Positions 25,801 to 39,837 of a stretch of DNA of 64,000 nt are shown piece after piece. Below the pieces are notes generated by a model. The model had not been told where the DNA came from, ran no database searches, and saw nothing but the letters and a program-made list of their open reading frames with translations. The DNA is from Octopus vulgaris (lineage: Eukaryota), in the NCBI GenBank assembly GCA_951406725.2, contig OX597832.1:31310001-31374000 (forward strand), in the 5' to 3' direction. The position numbers and the translations under genes were made by a program. The number at the start of each line of letters is the position of its first letter. Positions within the stretch are counted from its first letter, which is position 1.

Positions 25801-28374
25801 TACTGGCAAACCCATCAAGTTGCTTGGGGAGGACGGTGATTGTTGAACACCCTGTAGGATGTAAAATAAGACCCTTTAAAGGGTGGGAGAACTAATGAGT
25901 AGTCAACGGCCAATTCAACAAAGCACCTTGTTGCGGTGAAGGGCCATTACATATACAATAAAGATATTACGAGAAACTTGCAGTAAACAAAAGAAGATAG
26001 AAGTTGACGCGCGCGCACACAAATGTATGGAAGCATCATACCTTCTACAATCGACCTTTAAAAATGACTGAAGCAGACGAGCGAATTAGTGTTCTTATTA
26101 CATAAAGCCTACAAAGAGGGAAGCATACACACACACACACGCATAGATACGAGAACGTACGTAAACCATGCACATAGACACCTTCACACACACACACACA
26201 CACTTTCTAATTTCACTTGCTTCCGTCAAATCGACTCCAGTACCAATTTCCTTAGCCTGGTGCTTATTTTATCGGTCTCTTTCACTGAAACGGTAAGTTA
26301 CGGGAACCCAAACAGACACTAGTTGTCAAGTGGCAGTGAGTGTGTGTGTGTGTGCCAAGGTAAAGATTACAGGACTGGCTTCCATACAATTTCTGTCAAC
26401 CAAATTCGTTCACAAGACATTGGTCAGCTTAGATGTACAGCAGAAGACACTTGGCCAAAGTGCTCTGCAGTGGGACTGAACCCAGAACCACATGGTTTGT
26501 AAAGCATGTTTCTTAACCACACAGCCATGCTTGTACCTGTCTCTATCATCATCATCATCATCATCATCGTTTAACATCCGCTTTCCATGCTAGCATGGGT
26601 TGGACGATTTGACTGAGGTCTGGCGAACCAGATGGCTGCACCAGGCTCCAATCTGGATCTGGCAGAGTTTCTACAGCTGGATGCCCTTCCTAACGGCAAC
26701 CACCCCAAGAGTGTAGTGGGTGCTTTTACGTGCCACTGACACGAGGGAGGGGGCAGTCAGGCGGTACTGGCAACAACCTCGTTCGAATCCTTTTACACAT
26801 GCCACCGAGACAGGTGCCTTCATGAACCCTAATCTACCCATCATAAGGGTACAGCCGGCAGATGCCTCACAACTGTATGCATGACATAGCGATCTCATAT
26901 CAAGATAAAGAGTGCATGGCCTTGTAGGTGGGGCCCAGTTAGAATGTTTTTCATGTTGAGTAGTGCATCTCACTCAAAAGATCTCTGAATAAAGATTAAG
27001 GACAATGACTGAAACACATGTTTCCATGGGTAAATTTTCAAATCCCAAAGAATTTCTCTCAATACATGTCTATCATGCTTCCATACTACTCCTCTTTGTG
27101 ATCAGAGATGCACATATCATCAGTCACGAAGGGACATGTTCAACTAGTTATGGTCAGGCAACTGACAAGTAAATCTGTGGCATTGAGCAGAATATTTGCT
27201 GTAACCGTATTATCATTATTATTGAACATTTGGTAGATTGAGGCAAATTTCCTCTGCATCCCCTGCTACACTTCTGTGTTGCTGGGGTGTGTGCAGTATT
27301 GTGTGTTCCTTTTCGTGATTGGGGGAGTGCAAACTCTTCCTGGTGTTGTACTGCATCAGTTTGTTTCTTTATGGGGTCTGTTTGCAGTGTTTCAGTTGGT
27401 TATTTTGCCTGCTGGTGGCTGTTTATTTTATTGATTATTATCAATATTATTTAAAACATTATGATTCAGCTCCATGCAACTTAAAGTTATGTAAGCTTGT
27501 TACAGGAACCTAGCTTGTTGGGCTCAGGACCAAATCAAAATAATAATAATAATACATGCAATTCCTACTAAGTGCATTGAGAGCCTCTTTCATTTACCCA
27601 CCCACAGACACACACAAAGATATGCATAAATATGATTACCCGCACAGGCATTATTAAAGCATCCCTAACTTATATTGCTCCTCCAGATTAGACACTGCTG
27701 AAAGTATTTCCCCTAATATTTCTAAAGACATTTGTTAGTTCTCAGTGAGATATGAAGAGACCATGGTTCATTACTCTGTCCTTTTCTGGTCAAATTCCAT
27801 ATCAAACATTAGGCTATATATATATATATATATCAATCTATTATACAGCTGCTTGAGTAACTGCCTTTGCTTCAACAGCAGCTGACAAGATGAATAGTCA
27901 ACAAAATCCACTCATAAGGTTTTGGTCAGGCTGAGAGTGTAGTGGGAAACTCTTGCTCAAGGTGCCACGCAATGGGGATGAACCCAGAACTATGTGGTTG
28001 AGAAGCAAGCTTCTTACCACACACCCACTCCTGAGCCTACATATATATATACATATATCATCATCATCGTTTAACATCCTTTTACCATGGGTTGGACAGT
28101 TTGACTGTGGTGTGGGAAGCCAGGCGGTTGCACCAGGCTCCAATCTGATCTGCCAGTGTTTCTACAGCTGGATGCCCTTCCTAATGCCAACCACTCCGAG
28201 TGTGAAGTGGGGCTGTCATCGATCACATTTGGATGGTGCTTTTATGTGCCACCAGCATGGGAGCCAGTCATTGTCTGGTATCATTGTCTGGTATCGGCCA
28301 CGTTTGGATGGTGCTTTTTATGTGCCACCAGCACAGGATCCAGTCAGGGCAAGGGGCCTATATTACATATATAT

Positions 28375-28406
<32 letters not shown>

Positions 28407-28849
28407 CTTCAACTGAAATAACAGATATATATATACACACACACACATATACACTAGCACACCAAACTTCTGAAGAGTTTCCATCTGCTTCACTCACAGG
28501 GCATTAATCAAACCAAGACTGTAGCAGAAGACGCAAATTGCTGTGCAGTGGGATTGAACTTGGAACTGTATGAGTTATACAGTAAAATTTCTTAACTACA
28601 CAGCTAGGCCAGTGGAAAGGTTAGAAATCAATTAGGGAATTGGTGTATTCTAAGGAATATGAAACAGTTACTATATCTGTAATGCTATAGCCTGCCTTTA
28701 AAAGAATACTACCACCACCACCATGACCATCTCTCCTTCACCAAGAACTTCAGAGAGTCCTCAGTAATATATATACACACACACACCCGTGTAAGCAAAT
28801 GGAAATAAATAACTTTTTGTAATTGTTCACCAATTAAGAATAATAATAA

Positions 28850-29090
28850 ATGCGCTTTTTTAAAGCCTAACCAGGCCCATGGGCCCAGTTTCTATGGCGT
28901 ATGTATTCCCCAGCTGGACGGGACGCTAGTCCATCACAGCGTTACTCATTTTTGCCAGCTGAGTGGACTGGAGCAACGTGGAATGAAGTGTTTTGCTCAA
29001 GAACACAATGCGTCGCCTGGTCCAGGAATTGAAACCACAATCTTAAGATCATGGTGCTGACACCCTATCTACTAAGCCATGTGCCTCCAC
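28850..29090 (-). mobile_element. tRNA-derived SINE family D
   Basis: The minus strand starts GGAGGCACATGGCTTAGTAG (A box) ... GGTTTCAATTCC (B box), then GTGTTCTTGAGCAAAACACTTCATT..CCAGTCCACTCAGCTG. A second copy lies at about 35700-35900. Confidence 0.75.
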
Positions 29091-29130
29091 ATTCACAAAT
29101 TAACTAATAAAAATTTATCATATATCTATA

Positions 29131-29197
<67 letters not shown>

Positions 29198-30050
29198 CTT
29201 AGGTGTTTCTCTGTAGATTGAAAAAAAAAAATGATGAACAATCTTCATTAATTTTCAAACCTTATTGGATTCTCATCAGGGGTAACTACATCAATTTACC
29301 AAACCCCAGAGAAACAAACACCCAACAATTACTGTAGCAAGAAATTTGCATATTGTCAGTGTTAACACTTTATTTTAATATCAGCAGCCTCTCTTCAATT
29401 ACCGTCCATTTTTCCATGGATGCATGGGGAGGTGTATGAAGCAGGACCTTACAGGTGGATGCTCTTCCTGTCACCAACCCTAAACTTCTTTTTCCAGAAA
29501 GGGACTTTGTTTTTATTCCACTGCTCTTTATAAGTACAGAGCAACCCAGTCATAATAATATCACCACTGCAATGCCTGTGCCAAATGGACTTCCTGCCAT
29601 TTCTTCATCATCATCGTTTAACATTTGTTTTCCACGCTGGTGGGTTGGAGAGTTTGAGAGGAAATGGCAAGGCCAGAAACCTCCCCAGGTTCTGCTGTCT
29701 GCTTTGGGTTGCTTTCTACAGCAGGACGCCCTTCCTAATGCCAACCACTTTACAGGGTGCACTCAATGCTTTTTACATGGTACCACCAGTGATTTTTATA
29801 GGATGAAAACATTTGTAAGTCTGGGGTTTATAATAAAAGACACACAGAGCTCTCCACACTGGGCTTGAACCTGAATGTATGTGGTCACAAACCAAACTAT
29901 GAATTTCAACAGTTCAATTTTAATTCATCTGAGATATTTTATCGTTAGGAGTACACAATAACTCAACAAGTAAACAGTGCTGTGACATTACAAGCTACAA
30001 ATACACCGTACAAGAAAATGTGGAATATTCCATGCAAGTTGTAGTACTGT

Positions 30051-30092
30051 GTATCCACATGTTTCGGTTACTATTTACCTCTTCAGGTGCTG
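30051..30092 (-). ncRNA. Minimal hammerhead-ribozyme-like motif (Penelope type), probably inactive
   Basis: CUGAAGA-GGU(aaauagua)ACC-GAAA-CAUG-UG; palindromic ACAUGU stem III; the cleavage triplet reads GUG. Confidence 0.55.
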
Positions 30093-31359
30093 CTAAACTG
30101 AAGGCAGTTATTTGTTTAACAGCACAATAAATAGCAGTTGCTTATGTCATGAGTGACTGAACAAAGGAAGAAAGTGGTCACTTTTCTATCAAAGAAATCA
30201 TAACTGTCTTTAATGTGTGACCAAATGGTCATTTGTGTTTAGTTCAACAGCAGCTGACAAAGTGAATACTCATCTAAACAAATATAAAGATGTCCTTTGA
30301 GGTAATTTGTTTTTAAATATGCCTTATTTTCTTTATATAGTATTTTTAAAGCACCATTTTTTGTTTAGACCCATACATATATGTGTGTGTGTAGGAGAGA
30401 GAGAATCATATATATATATATATATTATAATATATATATATATATGTATAAATTATATTTCACAAAATATAATATATACATATATAAATTATATTTCACA
30501 AAATAAAAGGTGTTTTTTTTCTAATTTATATATATATAATTAAGAGGGAGAGAAAACAAATTCAAAGGTCAATGTATATATTCATTCAATCAATATTAAC
30601 GAAATTCTCCATGGTATACAATATACATACATAGATGTATTCATCTATGTGAGATATAAATTTGTCTTCTCTCCTCCTTAATTTTATATTCCTGAAGCTC
30701 TACCAGAGTGCTAATTGGTTGAGCTGTACAAAGTGGATACCTATATCACTTATTTCTTCATTCATCATCATCGTTTAGCGTCCGCTTTCCATGCTAGCAT
30801 GGGTTGGACGGTGCAACTGGGGTCTGGGAAGCCAGAAGGCTGCACCAGACCCAGTCTGATCTGGCAATGTTTCTACAGCTGGATGCCCTTCCTAACGCCA
30901 ACCACTCCCAATAACACTTCATTGTTATATATATATATATGGTGTAGGAATGTCTCAGTGGTTAAGAAGCTCACTGTGCAACAGTGTGGCTTCAGGCTCA
31001 GTCCCATAGTGCCACCTAGCTCAAGTGTCCTCTACTATAGCCCCTGGCCATCCAATGCCTTGTAATTGAATTTGGCAGATGGAAACTGTGTGGAAACCTA
31101 TCATATAAACACACATGTTGTAACAAGAGGTTCTGGTTCCCTTTATTCCTCTGATAAAAATGCAGACTAATTTCTGTTCCTTCACAGGTTGGAGAAACAA
31201 GACACAATAACAACAACTAAAATAAACTCGTCAAAGATCCACAAGAGTTAAAACAGTTTTAGGAATCTGGCACGAATTGCACCCCACCACAACCACCACC
31301 AACAACCACCACTACAGATGTGAGGCCCAATTATAATTTTGTACACCACGACCACCACC

Positions 31360-31393
<34 letters not shown>

Positions 31394-31934
31394 CCATTCT
31401 ATATCCACTTTAACATACCTGAGTGAGTTTACCTTTAAAGCTTTTACTTGTTTCGGTCATTAGAGTTTGGCCATGCAAGGGCACCACCTTCAAGGGTTTT
31501 AGTCAAATGAATTGACCCCAGTGCCTTTTCTTGTGCAAACCTTGTACTATTCTATCAGTCTCTTTTGCTGAACTGCTAAGTTAGAGGAATGTAAACACAC
31601 CAACACTGGTTGTCAAGCAGAGATGGGGGCACAAACCCAAACACAAAGACACACATATATAGATAACCCGGGTCTGTGTGTATCACGTAAGGCTAGAGAT
31701 GGGAACAATGATTTCCCTTCGCAAATACTAATCGGACACAGACAGTGTGTATAAATATATATATACATAATGGGCTTCTTTCCAGTTTCTGTTTCTCAGG
31801 TTTTTGGTCAGCCTGAGGTTATGGTAGAAGAATCTTGCTTAAAGTGCCACACAGTAGGACTGAACCTGGAACCATGTGGTTGAGAAACAAGTTTCTTAGC
31901 ACACAGCCATGCCTGAAGTTTTTCCAATTGCAGA

Positions 31935-32265
31935 GACGAAAGATTGCTTCGTAGCCCTTTGCCGTTTTATTCTGTGAGGGTCACTCACTTGAGATCAGCC
32001 TCCACTGCTTCATTCCACAACAAATCTTCCCTCTTGAATTGTTTGGGACTCCTGCACTCAGCAGCCACCCTCCATCCGTATCACCCATCAATACTATCTG
32101 TGGTTATCCACCCACCCCTTGCACACTGCACCCTATTGCTCTTGTACCCAGGTTTTCTTTCGGTTTGTTTCTGCCCTGTCATTCATGGCCACCAACAATC
32201 CAAACCCACGGAAGGAAGCGTACTTGCTTCATCTCTTTCCAGCCTCCACTCTTCCTCTGCTTTCT
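31935..32265 (-). mobile_element. Highly degenerate RTE LINE C-terminal fragment
   Basis: Minus-strand remnants RLERDEAS..., IRMEGGC*V and WNEAVEADLK*VTLTE resemble the RTE C-terminus. This explains the spurious plus-strand ORFs at 31944 and 32039. Confidence 0.6.
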
Positions 32266-32269
32266 GCCT

Positions 32270-32625
32270 TTTACTGGTTTCAGTCATCGGACTGCAGCCA
32301 TGCTGGGGCACTGCCTTGAAGAACTTTTAGTCAAACAAATTGACTCCAGTACTTACTCAAGCCCCTTTTGGCAAACTGCTAAGTCATGGGGATGTAAACA
32401 CACTAACACTGGTTGTCAAGCAGTGGTGGGGAACAAACATGGACACAAACGCATACATCTGTACACACACACACACACACACGACAGGCTTCTTTCAGTT
32501 TCTGTCACAAGGCTTTGGTTAGCTCAAGGCTATAATAGAAAATATTTATCCTAAGTGCCATGCAAAGGGACTGAACTCGGGACCCTGTCGGTGGGAAGCA
32601 AATACCTTACCACACAGCCATGCCT
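32270..32625 (-). mobile_element. SINE family A copy
   Basis: Homologous to 36544-36940. Further copies lie at about 3892-4130, 9608-10520, 26210-26537, 27900-28038, 31441-31914, 47449-47767, 52445-52600 and 60320-60483. Confidence 0.8.
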
Positions 32626-33127
32626 TTGCACACATTCAATGCTCATCTTACTAGACTCTCTGACATTGCACTTTCTACACAAGCACCATGTAATCTGCCC
32701 TTTTTACTTGCGGAGAAAATTTCCCTGCAAAAAACAATAATTTGACTTAGGGCTAGCAAGCCAGAAGGCTGCTCTCGCTGAATTCACTGCTACTCCCACT
32801 TTACTGACAGTGTATGACTGGTATGACTGGTAAGGCAGTATGGCTGGTATGGCTCTCACAAGTCTTTCATTCATCTATGCCTTAGTTTTCTTAGTGACTG
32901 GATGTAGATGATAAATACCAGACAATAGGATGTGGTACCCTGCAAAGGCCTTCTCGGGACCAATCAATGCTATTTATAAACTTCCATTACATTTAAAATT
33001 ATTAAAAAATATCATGTGGAACACAATGAATTAATTAACCATCTCCATGCCCTGTTATACAAATTAGATGACCAAATATAATTTCTAATGATTTTATAGT
33101 CACTATAATCACAATATATAATATATA

Positions 33128-33742
33128 AGGCTATAATATGGCTATGGTGCAGCCACACTTGGAATTTGCATCACCAGTCTGGAACCCCTATCTTACTCAG
33201 AACATTGACCTCCTGGAAACTGTTCAGAGATGTGCAAACCAAGCGCATACCCTCCATCAGGCATCTACCATACACTGGACACCTTACTTCCCTGGACATG
33301 GATACATTGAAGCTCCGACGTCTGACTTGCTAAACACCCACAAAATTATTAACCATCATGCCAACAACCGCCTTGAGCACCTTTTTGAGCTCCATGTGTC
33401 TAACACACGTGGGCATGCCTACAAAGTCAGAAAACAGCACAGCTCCCATGACTTCCAGAAACATTTTTTCACACTCAGAGTTGCTGAGGCATGGAACAAA
33501 CTACCTGCATCAGTTGTTAGCTGCCAAGACATTGCATCCTTTAAAACCTCCATGCTTTCTGAAATCCATCAACACTACACCTGACATCCCCCCACCTCCA
33601 TACACATGTACGCATGTATATTATGGCTCAAACACTGTTCACTTTCCTGACATTTGTACATAATTCTATGTACTCTACATGCACCTTTGATAAGTTCTAT
33701 TGCACCTGAGCACTGTACACAATAATTTCATTATTATTATTA
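33128..33742 (+). mobile_element. CR1/L2-group LINE 3' end
   Basis: MVQPHLEFASPVWNPYL..IDLLETVQR...TRGHAYKV...FFTLRVAEAWNKLP..VV....ASFK is the CR1-group C-terminal signature; a 3'UTR and (ATT)n tail follow. Confidence 0.92.
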
Positions 33743-34339
33743 TATAACCCTATAATTCTTCACCTCATTATGAAGACTAAACAACATGCTTCTCTGCATG
33801 GTTTATCTTTCTGCGGGTAAAAGACATGAAATCAATCTGGCCAGTTTCTAGTCTTCTGAAATATTCTTCAGAGAAAGAACAACCCCACATCATGCGTCTG
33901 CCAACAAAATTTCATATTTAGTAAATTCCAAACACCGGCATAAGAAGGGCAAAGTTATTTTGATAAATTTTTCATTATTTTTAAAGTTAATTAAAACAAA
34001 CACAGTGTATTTTAACAGAAATATGGTCACAAATGAGTTAAATGGTGTGAAAAAGTTCAGAGAGCTACAACAACTGCTGTCTTGGTTTCTTGTACACAAT
34101 GGCTGATACCTTTAATACCCCAAAATTTCCTACAGGGTGGGCTGAGGTGTATTCAAGCAAGCTGGCAGCACACATCCAAAGAAGATATTCGACTCATTGC
34201 TTTCCGGTCTCTACATTTAGCGTTCATGTTTTACAACCCTACAGCATCACACAGGGACGTTCAACACGTTAAATTCTTTGCAGAACTCACTGCTAACTCA
34301 CATCTTCCTGACAATTTCTAATGATTTTATAGTCACTAT

Positions 34340-34503
34340 AATATATAATATAAAAGGCTATATATGGTTGTGGTGTGGCCACACTTGGAATTTGCATCAC
34401 CAGTCTGGAACCCCTATCTTGCTCCTGGAAACTGTTCAAAGACTTGCAAACCAAGCGCATACCCTCCATCAGGCATCTACTATACTCCGAATGCCTTGCT
34501 TCC
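34340..34503 (+). mobile_element. Second, shorter copy of the same CR1 fragment
   Basis: Near-identical CCACACTTGGAATTTGCATCACCAGTCTGGAACCCCTATCTT... sequence. Confidence 0.9.
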
Positions 34504-34544
34504 AACCTGACAAATGTAAGGCATTTTGTCAGTTTGGGTTCGAT

Positions 34545-34631
34545 GATTTGACTGAGGGCTGGCGAACCAGATGGCTGCACCAAGATTGGAGCCTGGTGCA
34601 GCCATCTGGTTCGCCAGCCCTCAGTCAAATC
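34545..34631. repeat. Perfect 38-bp inverted repeat with an 11-nt loop
   Basis: GATTTGACTGAGGGCTGGCGAACCAGATGGCTGCACCA and its exact reverse complement at 34594-34631. Confidence 0.95.
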
Positions 34632-36543
34632 GTCCAACCCATGCTAGCATGGAAAGGGGACATTAAACGATGATGATGATGTTCTTAGAAAATTAAGATA
34701 ACTACTTGTGTACTTATCTCACAAGGAAGAAGGTATCATTGGTGATACTGTTTCTGGTACAAACATGAAATGCATTCCATCATAGCTAATTATTTTCCTT
34801 AATTAGTTATTCTATAATTGTTTTTGTCACTTTTATAATCCAACACAATTTGATGACTGTAATTGCTTCGTTCTAGAACTTCTCTTCTGCCTTTCTACCA
34901 TTTGCAGATGAACCTGCTGCATGCCACAGAAAATGTCATGTTCCGCCACTACATGATTGACTATGAAAGTGGTAATCTTAAATTGCTTGGTACTTTCACC
35001 ATTTTAGCATATCTACATACGTGTCTATCAGTCTGCTTCTCTATGTCTACCCACCTATCTATCTTATCCATCTAACAATATCTGTCCATGTATGTATGCA
35101 TGTATGTATGTATGTATGCATGCATCTATCTATCTATCTATAAGTGTATGTGAGGCTCTTTTAGTTGTGATTCATCAAGGAGTAGTAAACATGCCTTGAG
35201 AATATACACTCAGTATATTCTGTAAAGTGGTTGGTTGGTGACAGGAAGAGCATCCAGCCATAGAAACTGAACTAAAATGAAACCTATGAGCACCAATCTG
35301 TAGGAGCATTGGCTCTTAATAAGAAATAATGACTCATCTAACCTATGCTAACACGGAATGTAGATGTAAAATGATAATGGCAATGATGTAAAAATAAGCA
35401 TACGTATACACACACACACATACACTGCCCAAAACAGTAAGGAGTTCTGGTAACTTGACTGAGGAAAGAAGGCTACGAATGACCTGTCTTTTTTTCCCTT
35501 TCCTTCTAATTGTTGTTTCTCCTGTCTGCCTTCGTATCATCTGTCTGGATGCTTTATAGTCCTCTACTGCCTGTTTGTTCCAATTATATATATATACACA
35601 CACACACATGTAATCACAGCTGTCACATTAAGTGAGTATAATTGAGCTGTCTTGGTAGTTGTGAGTAGACATAGATACTATCTTGCACCTGCGACCATCG
35701 ACCCAGTGCAGCGTTCAGGAAGTGACAGCTGGGAAGAGACAGGGCTGCACTAGAATTCAATTGGTTCTCAGTCAGTTGAGTAAACTGGAGTACTGTGAAA
35801 TGAAGTGTCTTGCTCAAGGAAAAAAACCCTGCTTCTCAGCCCTAGAATCAAACCCATGACCCTATGACTGTGAGCTTTAACCACTGGGCCACACATATTC
35901 GCATGCATACACACTGGTGCACTTGGTTCTGTGAGTAAATGCTTAATTTCTTTCAGTCTGGATAAGCTTGGATTTTCAGAAAAAGAAATCAGCCGACCAA
36001 CATTATCACATTACAAATACAATTTGTCAGCGGAACAGTAAACATATACAAGACTTTTCTCAAGTTTAAAATTTGACATTGTTTTTGTTATCGACATCCC
36101 AATGATGATGGAGCTTCGTATCTTTGTTAGAAACCAGCTCCTTTCTCACAGGAAGAATTTCATTAATAACAAACAGAACAGAACAAACATACATCATCAT
36201 CGTTTTAACGTCCACTTTTCCATGCTGGCATGGCTCTGATGAAGATTGCTGAAACAGATATTCTATGACTAGACGCTCTCCTTGTCACCAACCCTCAACT
36301 GTTTCCAAGTAAGGTAATATTTCCCCCATGGCCAGACTTCTTATCACAGATTGGAAATTCATTTATAATTGTCATGCCATGTCAAGACAAGGAAATACAA
36401 TCACTCAAACACACACACACACACAACATATATATATATATATAAAACACCTAGGAAACGGGTGATGGTTACCAACAGGAAAGGCATTCAGCCACAGAAA
36501 TTCTGCCCCAATAAACTCATAAGAAGCAATGATGATGATGATG

Positions 36544-36940
36544 AGGCGCAGGAGTGGCTGTGTGGTAAGTAGCTTGCTTACCAACCACATGGTTCCGGGT
36601 TCAGTCCCACTGCGTGGCATCTTGGTCAAGTGTCTTCTGCTATAGCCTCAGGCCAACCAATGCCTTGTAAGTGGATTTGGTAGACAGAAACTGAAAGAAG
36701 CCTGTCGTATATATGTATATATATATATGTGTGTGTGTGTTTGTGTGTCTGTGTTTATCCCCCTAGCATTGCTTGACAACCAATGCTGGTGTGTTTACGT
36801 CCCCGTCACTTAGCTGTTCGGCAAAAGAGACCGATAGAATAAGTACTGGGCTTACAAAGAATAAGTCCTGGGGTCGATTTGCTCGACTAAAGGCGGTGCT
36901 CCAGCATGGCCGCTGTCAAATGACTGAAACAAGTAAAAGA
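36544..36940 (+). mobile_element. Full-length tRNA-derived SINE family A
   Basis: AGGCGCAGGAGTGGCTGTGTGG (A box) ... GGTTCAGTCCC (B box), an internal TA/TG microsatellite and the 3' end TGACTGAAACAAGTAAAAGA. Confidence 0.92.
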
Positions 36941-37829
36941 GAGAGAGATAAATACATAAGTGTGTGTGTGATGGAAAACGCACGTTAAGTGATGATGATG
37001 ATGATGATGATGATGTACGTGTCTGTGTTTGTCTCTTCCACCACCGTCATCACCACCACTTGACAACCGCTGTTGGTGGGTTTACGTCACCGTAACATAG
37101 TGGCTCGGCAAAAAAAAAAAAAGCCGTTAGAAAAAGTACCACACTTGAAGAAATAGTACTGGGGGGGAGTCGATTCTTCAAGGCAGTGCTCCAGCATGGC
37201 CGCAGTCTAATGACGGAAACAACTAAAAGATAAAAGACACCTCCCCCCATACATACACACAAACTTACTGAAAGCAATGAAGAGAGAAGAAACGTTAACA
37301 GCAAACAGCAGACACATAGATAAAGGTGCTGGCGACACCCAAAGATATACGGGCAGCGCAGAGAAAACGAGATTATTTTATTACATGTTTGGGCATCCGT
37401 CAATTAAAACTGCCATAACAGCAAGTCAGAGCGATCTGTTTTTCCTGCCTCCCCTCAATATTCTTCCAGCTAAACCGGTGCGAGTTTCACTAATTCTCTT
37501 TTTTCTATTTTCTTCTTCTTTCCTATTTCCCTTCTCACATGAGAATTACGTTGAAAGAACGAGAGAAGAGAGGCAGGAAAAGCCACTGACCTAGTTCAAT
37601 AGTTTCTTTGAACGATGGGGAGGGGAACAAAATTATTAAGAAATAATTTTTTTTATATCAAAACCTGATAAAAAATCTTTACAAAGGAAGCAAATGCACG
37701 CGCATATATATATATACATATACATACATACATACATATATATATATATACACACACATATATGTTACCTTCTTACGACTTCTGCTATACAACTGTAACC
37801 ATGCTGGGGTACACATAGAAACAAAATAC

Positions 37830-38060
<231 letters not shown>

Positions 38061-38475
38061 TGTATAATTATTAAATTTTTGTCGCGAAAGATATTTCAAG
38101 TTTATATAAAAACAACAGAAAGCAAATATGAAGATAATCTCAGATTATTAAATGAAAATACCACAATAACCTCTAACTTTAGCTATTAGATTACTATTAT
38201 TATTATTATTATTATTATTATTAGACTAGAGCACACACACTCGCCCCCCCCCCACTCGCTGTCTTCTAATAAATTAGTTTTTCCCTGTTGGTATACTAAA
38301 GAACTACTAGCCTCCGTCACCACCGACACCACAATCATCATCATCATCATGATGGTCGGATAATGATTTATTTAAACAGATGTTAGCAAATATAAATAAT
38401 ATAGATGATAAAAAAAACTGTGCCAACTATATTTGAAAATCTATGTATATCTGTCTGTCTGTCTATCTATCTGTC

Positions 38476-38606
38476 TATGTATGTATGTATGTATGTATGT
38501 ATGTATGTATGTATGTATGTATGTATGTATGTATGTATGTATGTATGTATGTATGTATGTATGTATGTATGTATGTATGTATGTGTGTGTGTGTGTGTGT
38601 GTGTGT
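38476..38606. repeat. (TATG)n(TG)n compound microsatellite
   Basis: Seen directly. Confidence 0.95.
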
Positions 38607-38909
38607 AGACATAGCATGGAGTAACACAGACTGACATCTGCTTCTATTACATATCAGAAAGAATAAATGTTATTGGGGAAGAATACAAGTGTGTATGTGT
38701 GTATATATACATGTGCATGTGTGTGTGTATGTGTGTTGTATAGTATGGTGTCATACAGAAAACGACTTTGAAACCAGGAAGTATATGTAACAATAAGTAA
38801 TCACAGAGTGGATGTCTGTCTGTCTGTCTGTCACGCTCTCTTTCTCTCAGCACATACACACACACACACATACATATATATATGTATATATATATATGTG
38901 TATGTACGA

Positions 38910-38943
<34 letters not shown>

Positions 38944-39773
38944 CTGCGGTTGTCTGCACGCATGTGTGTGTGTGGTGTATATTTCTAGGACAAACCACTA
39001 AGTCAATTTAATATACTGTAGAGATATAAGACACACACACATAGGCAATTACTTTATATTAAGAGGGATAGACCCTGTCACATTTCACAGTAAGACCGCA
39101 TAAATATATTTCCACCCAAGTCCTGATTTTCCACTGAGACTTAATGAGTTATTACATAATTAATATACACCTGCAACTGTTTATAATACAGAAGATGTAT
39201 CTCCACCGCACCCTTCCTCAGTTTGTTTTATAATTAATGATGTTTTAGAATTAGTTAATATTGCATTATTTCTTTCAGAGGCATTCGGAGACTACCTCGT
39301 TTACGGTTAATTATGTGTGAGATAACAATGAAATGAAAATAGTGTTGGATACAGATGTGTCGGGGCTGCAACCATTCAACATTCATGAACGTTTCCTGTA
39401 GTTTAAATTATCACCGATCATTTAAATAAATAAATCTAGACAGGATCTATCTATCTATCTCTCCATCCATCTCTCTATATCTCTCTCTCTGTCTATCTAT
39501 CTATCTATTGTATATTATACACAATTAGATAACAGAAGGCTTGATTCTCTTTTCCATCTCTTCTCAAAGTGAAGAGAGAACGATAGAAAAGAAATTCACA
39601 ACAAAAATAAAAAGACAAACGGAAAAGTGGATGAGAGAAAGAGAACCGGTCTCCATGTTTTCTTTAAAACTCCTACTTTAATAATTACAATTAAGCGTTA
39701 ATTAATTAGCAAGAACTAACAGTGCAATTCTATGCATGCGTGTATGCATGTACATATGCATGCATGATCTATG

Positions 39774-39837
<64 letters not shown>

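Noticed and set aside
32830-32912. miR-34-like AGGCAGTATGG and a weak hairpin TCATCTATG...TGTAGATGA
   Set aside because: The seed does not match, the motif comes from a short GTATGRCTG repeat, and the stem is short and G-U rich.
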